Below are positions 9,139-18,894 of a stretch of 64,000 nt of DNA, in pieces; position 1 is the first letter of the stretch, and each line of letters begins with the position of its first letter. This stretch comes from Candidatus Kaiserbacteria bacterium (GTDB lineage Bacteria > Patescibacteriota > Minisyncoccia > Phycocordibacterales > UBA918): contig CP064968.1 of NCBI GenBank assembly GCA_016699245.1, positions 985,015-1,049,014 of the forward strand, read 5' to 3'. Under the pieces are notes generated by a model. The model was not told the DNA's origin. It searched no databases and was given only the letters and a program-made list of their open reading frames with translations. A program made the translations under genes and the position numbers.

Positions 9139-9752
9139 ATGTGGGAAGTAATAGACGTGATTAATGAAGTGATGTGTTTTTCCCAAGACGCTTCGTATGC
9201 AAGGAAGGCGCTCTGTGGGTACTCATGAAACGGATGGATTTCTGGACGTATGTCTGGATTGTGGATGCATATACATTTTTGGGAAAGCTTTGGGTCCTGA
9301 ATGAGTGTCTCTATTTCGGGTGGAATATTTTCGGGAGTGATGAGAAGATGCACGCGACGCATCGCGACAATAAGTATCATGCGAAAGAGTCTGTTGTGCA
9401 CCGCATGGGTAAGTGCAACTGAATCTCCCAGACGTAGTACACTCGGTATGTGTGAAAATAATGAGACGAATGTAAATGGCACTTCTACAGAAGGACCGTT
9501 TTGCAGATAGACCACGTCCGTTTCTTTCAGTAGTGTACGGAGTTTCCAGGCAAAGATACTCATGCGTATGGGTGCGGGGAATCGTTTTTCGACGGTTACT
9601 ATTGCTACCCCTGACACAATTTCTGGAATGTGACTGTACGCAAGTATGGTGATGGTGTGTGCGCCGTCGAGTCGCGTCGCAAGTTCCTTTACGTAGGGTG
9701 CGGGCCCGGCGATGTCAGGCGGATAGAGTGGAGTGACGAGTAAGATACGCAT
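9135..9752 (-). CDS. GT4 glycosyltransferase N-terminal domain only (205 aa; C-terminal catalytic domain absent)
   Basis: MRILLVTPLYPPDIAGPAPYVKELATRL is a classic Glyco_transf_4 N-domain start. The ORF terminates after ~205 aa with no EX7E/Glycos_transf_1 domain. Confidence 0.55.
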   Translation of the reverse strand: MRILLVTPLYPPDIAGPAPYVKELATRLDGAHTITILAYSHIPEIVSGVAIVTVEKRFPAPIRMSIFAWKLRTLLKETDVVYLQNGPSVEVPFTFVSLFSHIPSVLRLGDSVALTHAVHNRLFRMILIVAMRRVHLLITPENIPPEIETLIQDPKLSQKCICIHNPDIRPEIHPFHEYPQSAFLAYEASWEKHITSLITSITSHI

Positions 9753-9914
9753 ATGGTACTACTATAACAGTCTTTGAGTATGTTCAAAAACCTCATATAC
9801 TGCGTTGCACTGCACTCGAAAACGTTCATCGTATATTGAATTCCTTAACAGGAACTGTCCACTCATTGGGTCTTTTGCTTCATTTCATTCGCAAAAGTCC
9901 TCAATGAGTCTTGC

Positions 9915-9935
9915 GAAGTGATATTAAATCACTTC
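9915..9935. promoter_or_regulatory. perfect 8-bp inverted repeat GAAGTGAT-ATTAA-ATCACTTC in divergent intergenic region
   Basis: Read directly. Located between the minus-strand GT4-fragment/kinase operon and the plus-strand ATP-grasp gene. Candidate operator. A second inverted repeat TTCGCAA..TTGCGAA lies at 9888-9917. Confidence 0.25.
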
Positions 9936-10068
9936 TCACGCCTCACATTTTCTCGTTTGTGCGCCTTGTCTATGAGGTTTTTTAATCATACTCTGCTTTA
10001 GTTGTACAAGGTTTTGGAAGAAAAAGGTATACATGGACACAATATTTTGGCCGTATTAGTATGGGTGT

Positions 10069-11277
10069 ATGGAATCAGCACTCATTCTCGATGGAAATCT
10101 GAAAAGCGCGCTCGCCTCAGTACGGTCGCTTGGTGGGCGAGGAATCACGGTGAGTGTTGGCGCAACACGGAGTACCGGTATGGCACTTCATTCTCGTTTT
10201 GCAACCGCAGTGTTCACCTACCCTTCGCCCTACACTCATCAGGAGGGTTTTATAGAAGCAGTGAAGAGAGAAGCACTCCGCCTTGGTGGGCAGCCAGTGG
10301 TATATGCATTTAGTGATGCAACATGGCTTTCTTTGTATGCATACCGTGAAGCACTTGCTTCGCATATGACCCTCATTTTCCCCAGTGAGACTTCTGTCGA
10401 CATTGCGTTCGATAAAGCAGCGACGTATTCGCTCGCACATATTTCGGGAGTCCACACCATTCCTACACAGGCCCCAGTGACTCATGAGGAAATTCTTCAT
10501 CTGAGTCAAAGCGTTGAGTACCCCGTTGTGGTGAAGTCGCGGAGAAGTGTGACGTGGAAGGATGGGGTAGGGATTTTTGGTACGGCATCATTTGCGCAAA
10601 ATGCTATGGCACTTGTGTCACAGTTTGAAAAAATTACGCAAGAAAGCGGCGAGTCGCCACTCATTCAGACCTGCATCTTTGGTGAGGAATATGGTGTTGA
10701 GATGCTCGCGCATAAAGGGAAACCTTTTGTGCTTGCCATGCACCACAGACTTCGTTCACTCTCACCAACGGGCGGCGCGTCAGTCCTCAAAGAGACTATT
10801 GGAGAAGGAGATTTGTATCATGAATTACGAGGTTATGCCGAAGTGCTCGTTAAAAAATTAGCATGGTCCGGACCAATTATGGTGGAGTTTAAAGTTGATG
10901 GCGATACACGCAAACCCTACCTTATGGAAATCAATGGACGCTTCTGGGGCTCACTCCCACTTTCGATGGCTGCGGGTGCGGACATGCCGTACCAATACTT
11001 TATATATGCAACAACAGGGAAGGTGCCTTCACAAATAGCATATGCGCGCGAAGGTGTGGTGTCCAATCACCGTATGGGGGACATAATGCACCTTCTTCGC
11101 GTACTTTTTAAGCGTGATGCGATGCGTTCACTCTTGTATCCGAAGCGTACGAGTGCACTTCAGAGTTTCTGTGCACTCCCCAAAGGCACCGTGTCCGACG
11201 TATGGTCCCTCCACGACCCCAAACCCGCCCTCATGGAAATCATAGATATCTTCAAGAAACTTTTCCCTTCAAAATAA
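10069..11277 (+). CDS. ATP-grasp domain enzyme (ligase; substrate unknown)
   Basis: ..PIMVEFKVDGDTRKPYLMEINGRFWGSLPL.. is a typical ATP-grasp C-terminal Mg/ATP-binding segment. Confidence 0.7.
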   Translation: MESALILDGNLKSALASVRSLGGRGITVSVGATRSTGMALHSRFATAVFTYPSPYTHQEGFIEAVKREALRLGGQPVVYAFSDATWLSLYAYREALASHMTLIFPSETSVDIAFDKAATYSLAHISGVHTIPTQAPVTHEEILHLSQSVEYPVVVKSRRSVTWKDGVGIFGTASFAQNAMALVSQFEKITQESGESPLIQTCIFGEEYGVEMLAHKGKPFVLAMHHRLRSLSPTGGASVLKETIGEGDLYHELRGYAEVLVKKLAWSGPIMVEFKVDGDTRKPYLMEINGRFWGSLPLSMAAGADMPYQYFIYATTGKVPSQIAYAREGVVSNHRMGDIMHLLRVLFKRDAMRSLLYPKRTSALQSFCALPKGTVSDVWSLHDPKPALMEIIDIFKKLFPSK

Positions 11278-11282
11278 TTTTC

Positions 11283-11329
11283 CCCATTTACCGTATATGT
11301 AACAGGTGTACAATATACGGTAAATGGGG
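11283..11329 (+). terminator. long perfect hairpin (~20-bp stem, 7-nt loop) 6 nt after ATP-grasp stop, followed by G/T-rich tract
   Basis: CCCCATTTACCGTATATGTA-acaggtg-TACATATACGGTAAATGGGG read directly. The downstream sequence is GT-rich (gggggaggtggtgtgtgtgggtgtgtttgggg) rather than a pure U-tract. Confidence 0.4.
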
Positions 11330-11427
11330 GGAGGTGGTGTGTGTGGGTGTGTTTGGGGAGTATTTTGGGTGTTTAGGAATAGTTGTATTATCTTTCGTCT
11401 TCTTGGAAATGACGGTATACTCGTTCT

Positions 11428-12228
11428 ATGGAACTTACGGGTATTATGCATTGTCATGCATCGTATTCATACGATGCACAGATGTCTCTGTTGGAGATTA
11501 AAGCATTGTGTCAAAAAAAAGGTATTCAGTTTGTGTGTATGACGGAGCATACCGATGAACTTACTCCCGAACGTGCGGCGGATTTTGTGCGTGAGTGCGG
11601 GGTGCTTTCTGATGACACGTTTCTCTTTATTCCGGGGTTTGAAGTGCCTTTCATGAAGGCACATATTCTTATGATAGGCGAACGCACATTTTCGGGTACG
11701 TATGCAGGCACCATAGACGCTCTTAAAAAGTGGACGAGCACGGCGCCCTTTGTGGTGCTTGCACACCCGGTACGGAATCACTTTGAGGTACGCGACGCGC
11801 TTCTTGAGGAGATAGACGCTCTTGAAGTATGGAACCAGCAGTACGAAGGGAAACGTGTACCACGCACGCGCTCGCTTCGGCTCTTTGATACCCTTCGTCT
11901 TAAAAAACCGGCGCTCGTTGCGACGGGTGGTGTGGATTTTCATCGTGCACCACATTTTGGTGCTCCATTCATTACACTCAATGCCACAGTTTTCAGTGAG
12001 TTTGATATTTTAGAAAAACTTAAGATTGGTGCATTCCGCATCCATTCTGATGAAGCGTCGCTCTATGGCGTACTCCCGAATGCTCCAGCACTCATCAGTC
12101 TCTATAGATGGAAAAGTCTCCGTTCGGTGTGGATTATTACTGTGGGAAAATGGGTGAATGCACTTCTCGCACAGTTGGGTATTCGCTTTCCCAAGCAACT
12201 CACCCAGTTCGTTCGCTCGCGTGTGTAG
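11428..12228 (+). CDS. PHP-domain phosphoesterase
   Basis: N-terminal MHCHASYSYD metal-binding His motif, then ..MTEHTDE.., typical of the PHP (polymerase/histidinol-phosphatase) family. Confidence 0.65.
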   Translation: MELTGIMHCHASYSYDAQMSLLEIKALCQKKGIQFVCMTEHTDELTPERAADFVRECGVLSDDTFLFIPGFEVPFMKAHILMIGERTFSGTYAGTIDALKKWTSTAPFVVLAHPVRNHFEVRDALLEEIDALEVWNQQYEGKRVPRTRSLRLFDTLRLKKPALVATGGVDFHRAPHFGAPFITLNATVFSEFDILEKLKIGAFRIHSDEASLYGVLPNAPALISLYRWKSLRSVWIITVGKWVNALLAQLGIRFPKQLTQFVRSRV

Positions 12229-13204
12229 TGATGTCGTGCATATGAGCGCTCTCCATGCCGTATCGCTTTTGTAGTGTGCAGAAATGGCGGAGAATTTCCT
12301 CAAGATTTTTGAAGTTTTCATCTTGGTTGATACCCATGTTGTGTGGATGCCACCAGAGGTGAAATATTTCTCCGTGCTTTGCTGCATGGGTCATACTCTT
12401 TTTAATGCGACGCAAGCGTAACCATTCAAAGAAGCGAAGGGAGGGCATAAAGGGACGGAAGAAACGACTCGAAGGAATGTTGTATAGTCCATATACATCG
12501 GGATAGGGAAGTGGATAGGTGTGGTGTCCACTCACGTTGAAATAGTGATCGAGAAGGCGTGTACCGCGAATGAGCAGTGACTGCGCAGATTCTTTGCGCG
12601 GTGCATAGAGCACATGTGCTTCGTTACCACGATATGCGGTGATACCACGCTCTGCGCACGTATAGAGTGCTTCATGGCTCGCTTGGTTGCGCGGGAATAC
12701 AATGGAGGTAGCGGTGATGCCATATGTCGCGGCGATGGCTTCAAACGCTTCCATGTCGCGTAGAAAAAGCGATGCATCGTTCTCATACCCATCGATGCAG
12801 TAGTAATGCGAGAAGGTGTGGTTACCAAACTCTTGATGCGGTGTCTCTATAATCATCTGAACAAAAGTGGAGCCAAAGTGATATTGGTCAATGACTTCAT
12901 CTTCTCCAATATGCGCAGTCTCAATGTATTCATATGAGGAAGCGCGCATGTCGGTATACTGTGGGCGAAGTTCCTTAGGAGGAATGAGTGAGAGGAGTTC
13001 TTTCTTTGTGCGCGCCATGAGCATCCCTACTCCTGCCCAGGTCGCGTGGATGCCGTATTTTGTAAAGAGTGCGAGGGTGCGTGGAATAGCGGTGCGCTCA
13101 CCTTTAATACGCGCACCGTATTCTTCGAGCGTCGTCTTATCAAACATCCCCCAGAAAAGTTCCAAGTCGATAGATACTACAAAAAAACCGTGTTTTTCCT
13201 CCAT
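12200..13204 (-). CDS. polysaccharide deacetylase-like protein (CE4-related, PEP-CTERM-locus type)
   Basis: N-terminal ..VVSIDLELFWG.. resembles the SVDVEDYF start of exopolysaccharide-locus deacetylases. Convergently overlaps the PHP gene by 29 nt. Confidence 0.5.
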   Translation of the reverse strand: MEEKHGFFVVSIDLELFWGMFDKTTLEEYGARIKGERTAIPRTLALFTKYGIHATWAGVGMLMARTKKELLSLIPPKELRPQYTDMRASSYEYIETAHIGEDEVIDQYHFGSTFVQMIIETPHQEFGNHTFSHYYCIDGYENDASLFLRDMEAFEAIAATYGITATSIVFPRNQASHEALYTCAERGITAYRGNEAHVLYAPRKESAQSLLIRGTRLLDHYFNVSGHHTYPLPYPDVYGLYNIPSSRFFRPFMPSLRFFEWLRLRRIKKSMTHAAKHGEIFHLWWHPHNMGINQDENFKNLEEILRHFCTLQKRYGMESAHMHDITTHASERTG

Positions 13205-13266
13205 ATCCTGTAACTATACCTGTAGGAGGGCTGTTTTAAAAGAGGTTATTCAGGCATACTATTTTT

Positions 13267-14373
13267 ATGAAGATTCTTATTGCAACAGGACTCTATACAC
13301 CTGACATCGGTGGCCCTGCAACATACACGCGTTTCCTGGAGCGGGTGCTTCCCGCGCGCGGTTTTTCTCTTACGGTCGTTTCATTTGGCGAAGTGAGACA
13401 TCTACCAAAAATAATTCGACATCTTGCCTACCTTTGGAAACTTTTGCGTGCGGGGTGGGAAGTGGATGTTATCTATGCACTTGATACGGTGAGTGTGGGT
13501 CTGCCTGCGACTATTGCAAGTATCATACTCAGGACACCACTCTATGTGCGTGTGCCAGGGGACTATGCCTGGGAGCAGGGGCAACAGCGTTTTGGTGTAA
13601 CGAGCACGCTTGACGAGTTTCAGCACGAGTGTACGCGCCACTCTAAAGAGGTGCGCGCACTTGTATTCATCCAAGCGTGGGTAGTGCATCACGCAACACG
13701 TGTGGTGGTGCCGAGTGAGTATATGCGAAGTCTCGTGATGGGATGGGAAATAGCTTCAGAGAAAATCATTCGCGTATATAGTGCGCTTAGCCCCATTATA
13801 CTTTCTGAGACACGAGAGTCACTTCGTCAAAAATATAACTACACGGGAGTGGTGGTGACTACCGCAGCACGTTTGGTGCCGTGGAAAGGGATTGTGGGGC
13901 TTTGTGAGGCTGTCCTTGCTCAGAGAGGACAAGGAATGAATGTCTCTCTAGAAATCATCGGGGATGGTGTTCTACGAGATGCACTCGAAGTATTTATCAA
14001 AAAACACAATGCATATACGTATATAACGCTTCGCGGAAGTGTGGGAAAACAGGAACTATGGGAACGGGTGAAGGCATCAGATGTGTTCGTGCTCAATACC
14101 GCATATGAAGGTCTCTCGCACCAACTCCTTGAAGTGATGAATATTGGCACACCAATTATTACGACACCAGTAGGTGGAAACGTGGAGTTAATTACTCATG
14201 GGAAAGAGGGACTCCTCGTGGCACATAATGATGTGCAGGCGATTGGAGAAGCTATTACACGTCTCACGAATGACACACTTCTTTGCGAGCACATAACGCG
14301 CGCGGCGCGTACAAAGGTTGGGCAGTTTCGCGAAGTGGTGATTGCCGAAGAAGTAGTCCGATTATTTTCATAG
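13267..14373 (+). CDS. glycosyltransferase family 4
   Basis: MKILIATGLYTPDIGGPATY N-domain. C-terminal ..NTAYEGLSHQLLEVMNIGTPIITT.. motif. Confidence 0.85.
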   Translation: MKILIATGLYTPDIGGPATYTRFLERVLPARGFSLTVVSFGEVRHLPKIIRHLAYLWKLLRAGWEVDVIYALDTVSVGLPATIASIILRTPLYVRVPGDYAWEQGQQRFGVTSTLDEFQHECTRHSKEVRALVFIQAWVVHHATRVVVPSEYMRSLVMGWEIASEKIIRVYSALSPIILSETRESLRQKYNYTGVVVTTAARLVPWKGIVGLCEAVLAQRGQGMNVSLEIIGDGVLRDALEVFIKKHNAYTYITLRGSVGKQELWERVKASDVFVLNTAYEGLSHQLLEVMNIGTPIITTPVGGNVELITHGKEGLLVAHNDVQAIGEAITRLTNDTLLCEHITRAARTKVGQFREVVIAEEVVRLFS

Positions 14374-14376
14374 TAT

Positions 14377-15495
14377 ATGCATGTACTTACCATTAGTCTG
14401 GGAAGAAATATTCTTCGAGAAGGACGCGAGCAAGAGCGAATGAAACTCTATGCGGCGCACCTCTCGCAACTTTCTATTATTGTGCTCACGCGAAAGGAAC
14501 ATGGATATACCGATGTGGTAGAGGAAGGGAATCTTCATGTGTACCCTACCAATTCTCGTAATCGCTTCATGATGCTCGTGGATGCCTTTCGTATTGGATT
14601 TCGAGTTTTGCGTGTGAAAGACACTGATACTGCGCGTGTAGTTTCTGCGCAAGACCCGCTCCTCATTGGGTGGTTTGCATGGGTGCTTTCTCAAGTGTGT
14701 GATGCACATTTTCATGTGCAGGTGCATGGAGATTATTTTGGAAGCGGGTGGAGTGGACGCTCGCCTGTCAAGCGCATTCAACTATTTCTTGCTTTGTTAC
14801 TGCTTCGGCGTGCGCCGTTTATCCGTGTCGTTTCAAAGCGTATCAAAGACTCGCTTACACAACGTGGTATTCCTGCAAAGAAAATCACGGTGTTGCCTAT
14901 CCGCCCGGAACTTGAGGCATTTCTTCCGTATACGCATGTGGTGCGCACCACACCCCCGTACACGTTTCTTTTTATAGGGCGCCTCGCGCCGGAGAAAGAT
15001 ATTCTCCGAATCGTGCGTGCATTTGCACTCGTACACCGAGAGCATCCCCTGACGCACCTCCGTATTGTGGGTGAGGGAAGCGAGCGAGCGCGTATTCTTG
15101 GACTCGTGACATCGCTTGGGGTACGTGACGCAATCACACTTCTTCCATGGACTGATGCGGTAGGAAAAGAAATGGCAGAAGCAGACATATTTCTTCTTGC
15201 ATCGCTCCACGAAGCATATGCACTTACCCTTGTCGAAGCAATGGCAGTTGGACTTCCCCTCATTACCACTGACGTGGGGTGTGTTGGCGAGGTGGTACAG
15301 GACGGGATCCACGGACTCGTCGTGCATGAAATGGATGATGAGGCGTATGCTGAGGCGATGATACATATGATACGGGATACTGCTTTTCGCACGCAGTGTG
15401 GTACAAACGGAAAAGAAACTGCGCGAGCGCTTAGTGAATCCACGGCAGAGGAATACGCAAAAGCGTGGGTAACCGCATTAAAGCCGGTCTCGTAG
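14377..15495 (+). CDS. glycosyltransferase family 4
   Basis: ..FIGRLAPEKD.. and ..ASLHEAYALTLVEAMAVGLPLITTDVG.. motifs. Confidence 0.85.
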   Translation: MHVLTISLGRNILREGREQERMKLYAAHLSQLSIIVLTRKEHGYTDVVEEGNLHVYPTNSRNRFMMLVDAFRIGFRVLRVKDTDTARVVSAQDPLLIGWFAWVLSQVCDAHFHVQVHGDYFGSGWSGRSPVKRIQLFLALLLLRRAPFIRVVSKRIKDSLTQRGIPAKKITVLPIRPELEAFLPYTHVVRTTPPYTFLFIGRLAPEKDILRIVRAFALVHREHPLTHLRIVGEGSERARILGLVTSLGVRDAITLLPWTDAVGKEMAEADIFLLASLHEAYALTLVEAMAVGLPLITTDVGCVGEVVQDGIHGLVVHEMDDEAYAEAMIHMIRDTAFRTQCGTNGKETARALSESTAEEYAKAWVTALKPVS

Positions 15496-15511
15496 CGGGT
15501 ATACTATCTAC

Positions 15512-16951
15512 ATGTCAAATCAGGAAGACGATACACTCAATCCATCAAAACGTGCTGCTTCGCACCTCAATACGATACTCGATGCATCAGCTGATGTATC
15601 GGACGAGGTGGTGATTGTTGATGAGCGTGTTGCGGAGCGCGTGCGTGTGCGTGCCGAGGAGGCAGCAATACCAGAACCTGAAGAGGAAATTGTACCCGAA
15701 CTTCCTTCGGTGAAACTTACCGAAGCACGCAAGGAGGAGTCGGTCTTGGTACATACGGAGATACGTCAGTCTACTCGATTGCTTCTTATCACCAAGGATA
15801 TCCATGTCCGCGATGAGGGAAGTGAAATACACAGACGCATCACCGATTTACGAAATCGATTTTTGGAGATTCATATTGTACTTATTAATAGTGTGGACCC
15901 TGATTCCGACATCGATACCGATACTGCAACAGAGCGCCTTTTTGAAAATGTATGGCTCTATCCCACTAATTCATCAGCACCATGGAAATGGTGGTTTCAG
16001 GCGTATAGTATTATAAAATCGCAGCTTGAGTTTAGTGGTGGTTTCAGGGCAGATATTGTGATTGCTGATGATCCGGCTGTGGCGGGTATGGTGGGGTGGT
16101 ATGTGAGTCGGAAATATAAACGACCCTTTCTCCTGCATGTACAAGAAGACTTTTTTGATAAGGAATTTGTCGGTACAATGAAGTACCCTGGTTTCTATGA
16201 TTGGTGTGTGGCGTATGTTCTTGAACATGCCACACATGTGCGTACCGACACTGAAGAACAACGCCTTGCGGTAATTCACGAACGACCTGAATTAGAAAAT
16301 ACCGTAGAAGGGCTTCCTCAGTACTACCCTCTCGACTTATGGAAAGACTTTCAACCCACTGCTACACTTCGCGAATTCTACCCGCAGTTTAAATTTACCA
16401 TGCTCCATGTGTCCACGATGCACACGAATTCACGCACCGCTTCGGTTATTGCGGGTGCAGCCCGCATCATGCATCGATACCCGGCACTGGGTTTGATAAT
16501 CGCGGGGAATGGCCCGCTCCGCGCACAGTTGGAAGCAAATGTGATTGCGCTTGGTATCCAAAAGCAGGTTGAGTTTCTCCCCATGCCCGAAGAAATACTT
16601 TCCTATATCACGTCAACAAATTTGTGTGTACATATGTCTGAAGATCCAGGAGATGATGAGTTTCTTCTCAAAGCAGCAATGGCTAAGGTACCACTCGTTG
16701 CAAATGCACAAGGGCTTGGTGGAAAAATATTTGTGGAAGGCGAGTCTGCGTGTCTCTGTGAGCCCGGGGATGTAAAGTGCATTGCTGATGGTATTAATCG
16801 CTATTTGAATGAAAATCAAACCCGTACACATTTCGCATTAAATGCATTTGAGGCAACACTCGACCGTGTCGAACAAAACTATGGTGCATACCTTGAGGCA
16901 TACGCGCTCAGCATAGAACGCTGTATGGTTGAATCAAATAAAGCTGCATAA
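15512..16951 (+). CDS. GT4-like glycosyltransferase with ~90-aa acidic N-terminal extension
   Basis: Asp/Glu-rich N-terminus. C-terminal half has a Glycos_transf_1-like pattern (..AMAKVPLVANAQGLGG..). Confidence 0.6.
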   Translation: MSNQEDDTLNPSKRAASHLNTILDASADVSDEVVIVDERVAERVRVRAEEAAIPEPEEEIVPELPSVKLTEARKEESVLVHTEIRQSTRLLLITKDIHVRDEGSEIHRRITDLRNRFLEIHIVLINSVDPDSDIDTDTATERLFENVWLYPTNSSAPWKWWFQAYSIIKSQLEFSGGFRADIVIADDPAVAGMVGWYVSRKYKRPFLLHVQEDFFDKEFVGTMKYPGFYDWCVAYVLEHATHVRTDTEEQRLAVIHERPELENTVEGLPQYYPLDLWKDFQPTATLREFYPQFKFTMLHVSTMHTNSRTASVIAGAARIMHRYPALGLIIAGNGPLRAQLEANVIALGIQKQVEFLPMPEEILSYITSTNLCVHMSEDPGDDEFLLKAAMAKVPLVANAQGLGGKIFVEGESACLCEPGDVKCIADGINRYLNENQTRTHFALNAFEATLDRVEQNYGAYLEAYALSIERCMVESNKAA

Positions 16952-17032
16952 GATTTTCATAGAACGTTTTGACATTTTAGTGAGTTAGAAAAAATATGCA
17001 AAAAAGGGTATGCTGGGACACCCTAGAATTTA

Positions 17033-18049
17033 ATGAAGATACTCATCACAACACAAGCGGTAGATAAAAATGACCCAATTCTGGGTTTCTTTCACGGATG
17101 GTTATTAGAGTTTGCAAAATATTTTGAACGTGTTGAGGTGATTTGTTTGCGGGAAGGAGTGCATACATTACCCGCGCACGTACACGTACACTCATTGGGG
17201 AAAGAAAAGGGGGTGAGTTATATTCGGTATCTCTCGAGACTTTTTTACTCTGCATGGACTCTGCGTTCTGAGTACGATGTGGTTTTTTCGCATATGAATC
17301 CGCACTACATTGTGCTGTGTGGGTGGCTATGGAGACTCCTTGGGAAACCGATGTTTTTCTGGCGTAACCATGCGCGGATGAATATGCTGACGCGTGTCGC
17401 GGCGCGCTTCGCGCGCCGCGTCTTTTATACCTCACCCTTAGCCTGTACGCGCGTGTTTCCGCACGCGCTTCAGATGCCTGTCGGGATTAATACCGAGGTG
17501 TTTCAGCCCATGGTGGGAAAGGTACCTAAAGAAAAGTCCCTCCTTTTCTTTGGACGTCTGTCTCCCGTAAAGCGCCCCGAACTTTTTATTGCAGCTGCAA
17601 ATATGCTTTCTGAATATACGGTGGATGTATACGGTGATGTACAAAATGCAAACGGTGAGTATGGTAATGCCTTACGCAAAAGCGCAGGTAAACACATTAC
17701 GTTCCATGACGCCGTTACCAACCATGAAGCTCCCGCGATTTATAGCACTCATGAGATTTATGTTAATCTAACCCCAGAAGGAAGTATGGATAAGACAGTT
17801 CTTGAGGCGGCAGCGTGTGGCGCTTTGGTGCTTGTGACTAATACCTCATTTAAAGGCATGTTGCCAGACCTGAGTATACTTTCTCATGATTCTGCTGAAG
17901 GTGTACGTGACGGTGTATTGCGACTCAGTGCACTTTCAGAGTCAGAAAAAAACGAGTATCGCACCCAACTACAGAAGATGGTACGTGAGCAACATTCGCT
18001 TTCAAAATTAGTGGGATTATTACAAGAACAATTTACACAAACAACATGA
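17033..18049 (+). CDS. GT-B (GT4-like) glycosyltransferase
   Basis: MKILITTQAVDKNDPILGFFHGW N-terminus and ..FFGRLSPVKRPELF..EAAACGALVLVTN.. C-terminal motif. Confidence 0.7.
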   Translation: MKILITTQAVDKNDPILGFFHGWLLEFAKYFERVEVICLREGVHTLPAHVHVHSLGKEKGVSYIRYLSRLFYSAWTLRSEYDVVFSHMNPHYIVLCGWLWRLLGKPMFFWRNHARMNMLTRVAARFARRVFYTSPLACTRVFPHALQMPVGINTEVFQPMVGKVPKEKSLLFFGRLSPVKRPELFIAAANMLSEYTVDVYGDVQNANGEYGNALRKSAGKHITFHDAVTNHEAPAIYSTHEIYVNLTPEGSMDKTVLEAAACGALVLVTNTSFKGMLPDLSILSHDSAEGVRDGVLRLSALSESEKNEYRTQLQKMVREQHSLSKLVGLLQEQFTQTT

Positions 18050-18885
18050 TTGACTTCATAGGAATAGGTGCACAGCGGTCGGGGACATCATGGGTGTATG
18101 CGTGCCTCTATGAGCATCCTGAGATTTGTATTCCCATTAAAGAAATTCATTTCTTCAGCCGTCCCCGATATGAAAAGGGTATAGCGTGGTACGAAAATAA
18201 TTTTGCAAAATGTGATGCAGGAAAAAAGTGTGGAGAGTTCTCTACCTCATATCTGTATTCCGATATTACCGCGACGCGCATTCATGAGCACTATCCTGAT
18301 ATAAAAATAATTGCGATTTTGCGCAACCCCATCGATCGCGCGCTTTCGCAATATGGTAATGCTATCAAGGGTGGGGAAATTCCTGAGTCTATGCCCTTTA
18401 CGGAATATTACACCACTGAAAAAAGTGTCCTTGAACAAGGACTCTATGCAAAACAACTCGCTCCATACTATGAGCACTTCGACCCATCGCAGATGCTCGT
18501 GCTCATCTACGAAGATAACAAAAATGACCCCGAAGCGTTTATAAAAAAAATATATGCATTCCTTGGGGTGAGTACTGATTTTGTTCCGAGTATGCTCCAT
18601 GAGTCTATCAATGTGACTCGTGTGCCCAAAAATATAGCCCTTGAGAAAAATATGCACCTATTCTCCGAATTTCTACGTAAGAGTGGGCTCGACCGACTGG
18701 TGCACATTATACGTCGCCTCGGAATTCCTGATTTGGTACGGCGTTTCAACACAAAACCTCCAAAAAAGGAAGAGGAACCGACATTTGACAGAACTGGCCT
18801 TGCGACATATTTCCGTGATGATGCTATGCAACTTTCGAATATTCTTGGCCGCGACCTCGTGACCGAATGGGGACTTCATGAGTAA
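18046..18885 (+). CDS. PAPS-dependent sulfotransferase family protein
   Basis: 5'-PSB-like loop ..GIGAQRSGTSW.. at the N-terminus and the 3'-PB region ..ILRNPIDRALSQY.. are characteristic of the Sulfotransfer family. ATGA overlap with the upstream GT. Confidence 0.75.
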   Translation: MIDFIGIGAQRSGTSWVYACLYEHPEICIPIKEIHFFSRPRYEKGIAWYENNFAKCDAGKKCGEFSTSYLYSDITATRIHEHYPDIKIIAILRNPIDRALSQYGNAIKGGEIPESMPFTEYYTTEKSVLEQGLYAKQLAPYYEHFDPSQMLVLIYEDNKNDPEAFIKKIYAFLGVSTDFVPSMLHESINVTRVPKNIALEKNMHLFSEFLRKSGLDRLVHIIRRLGIPDLVRRFNTKPPKKEEEPTFDRTGLATYFRDDAMQLSNILGRDLVTEWGLHE

Positions 18886-18894
18886 TATAGAGAA

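Noticed and set aside
14778-15443. 221-aa and 177-aa minus-strand ORFs inside the GT4 gene at 14377-15495
   Set aside because: They lie fully inside a well-supported GT4 CDS on the opposite strand, with no recognisable motif.
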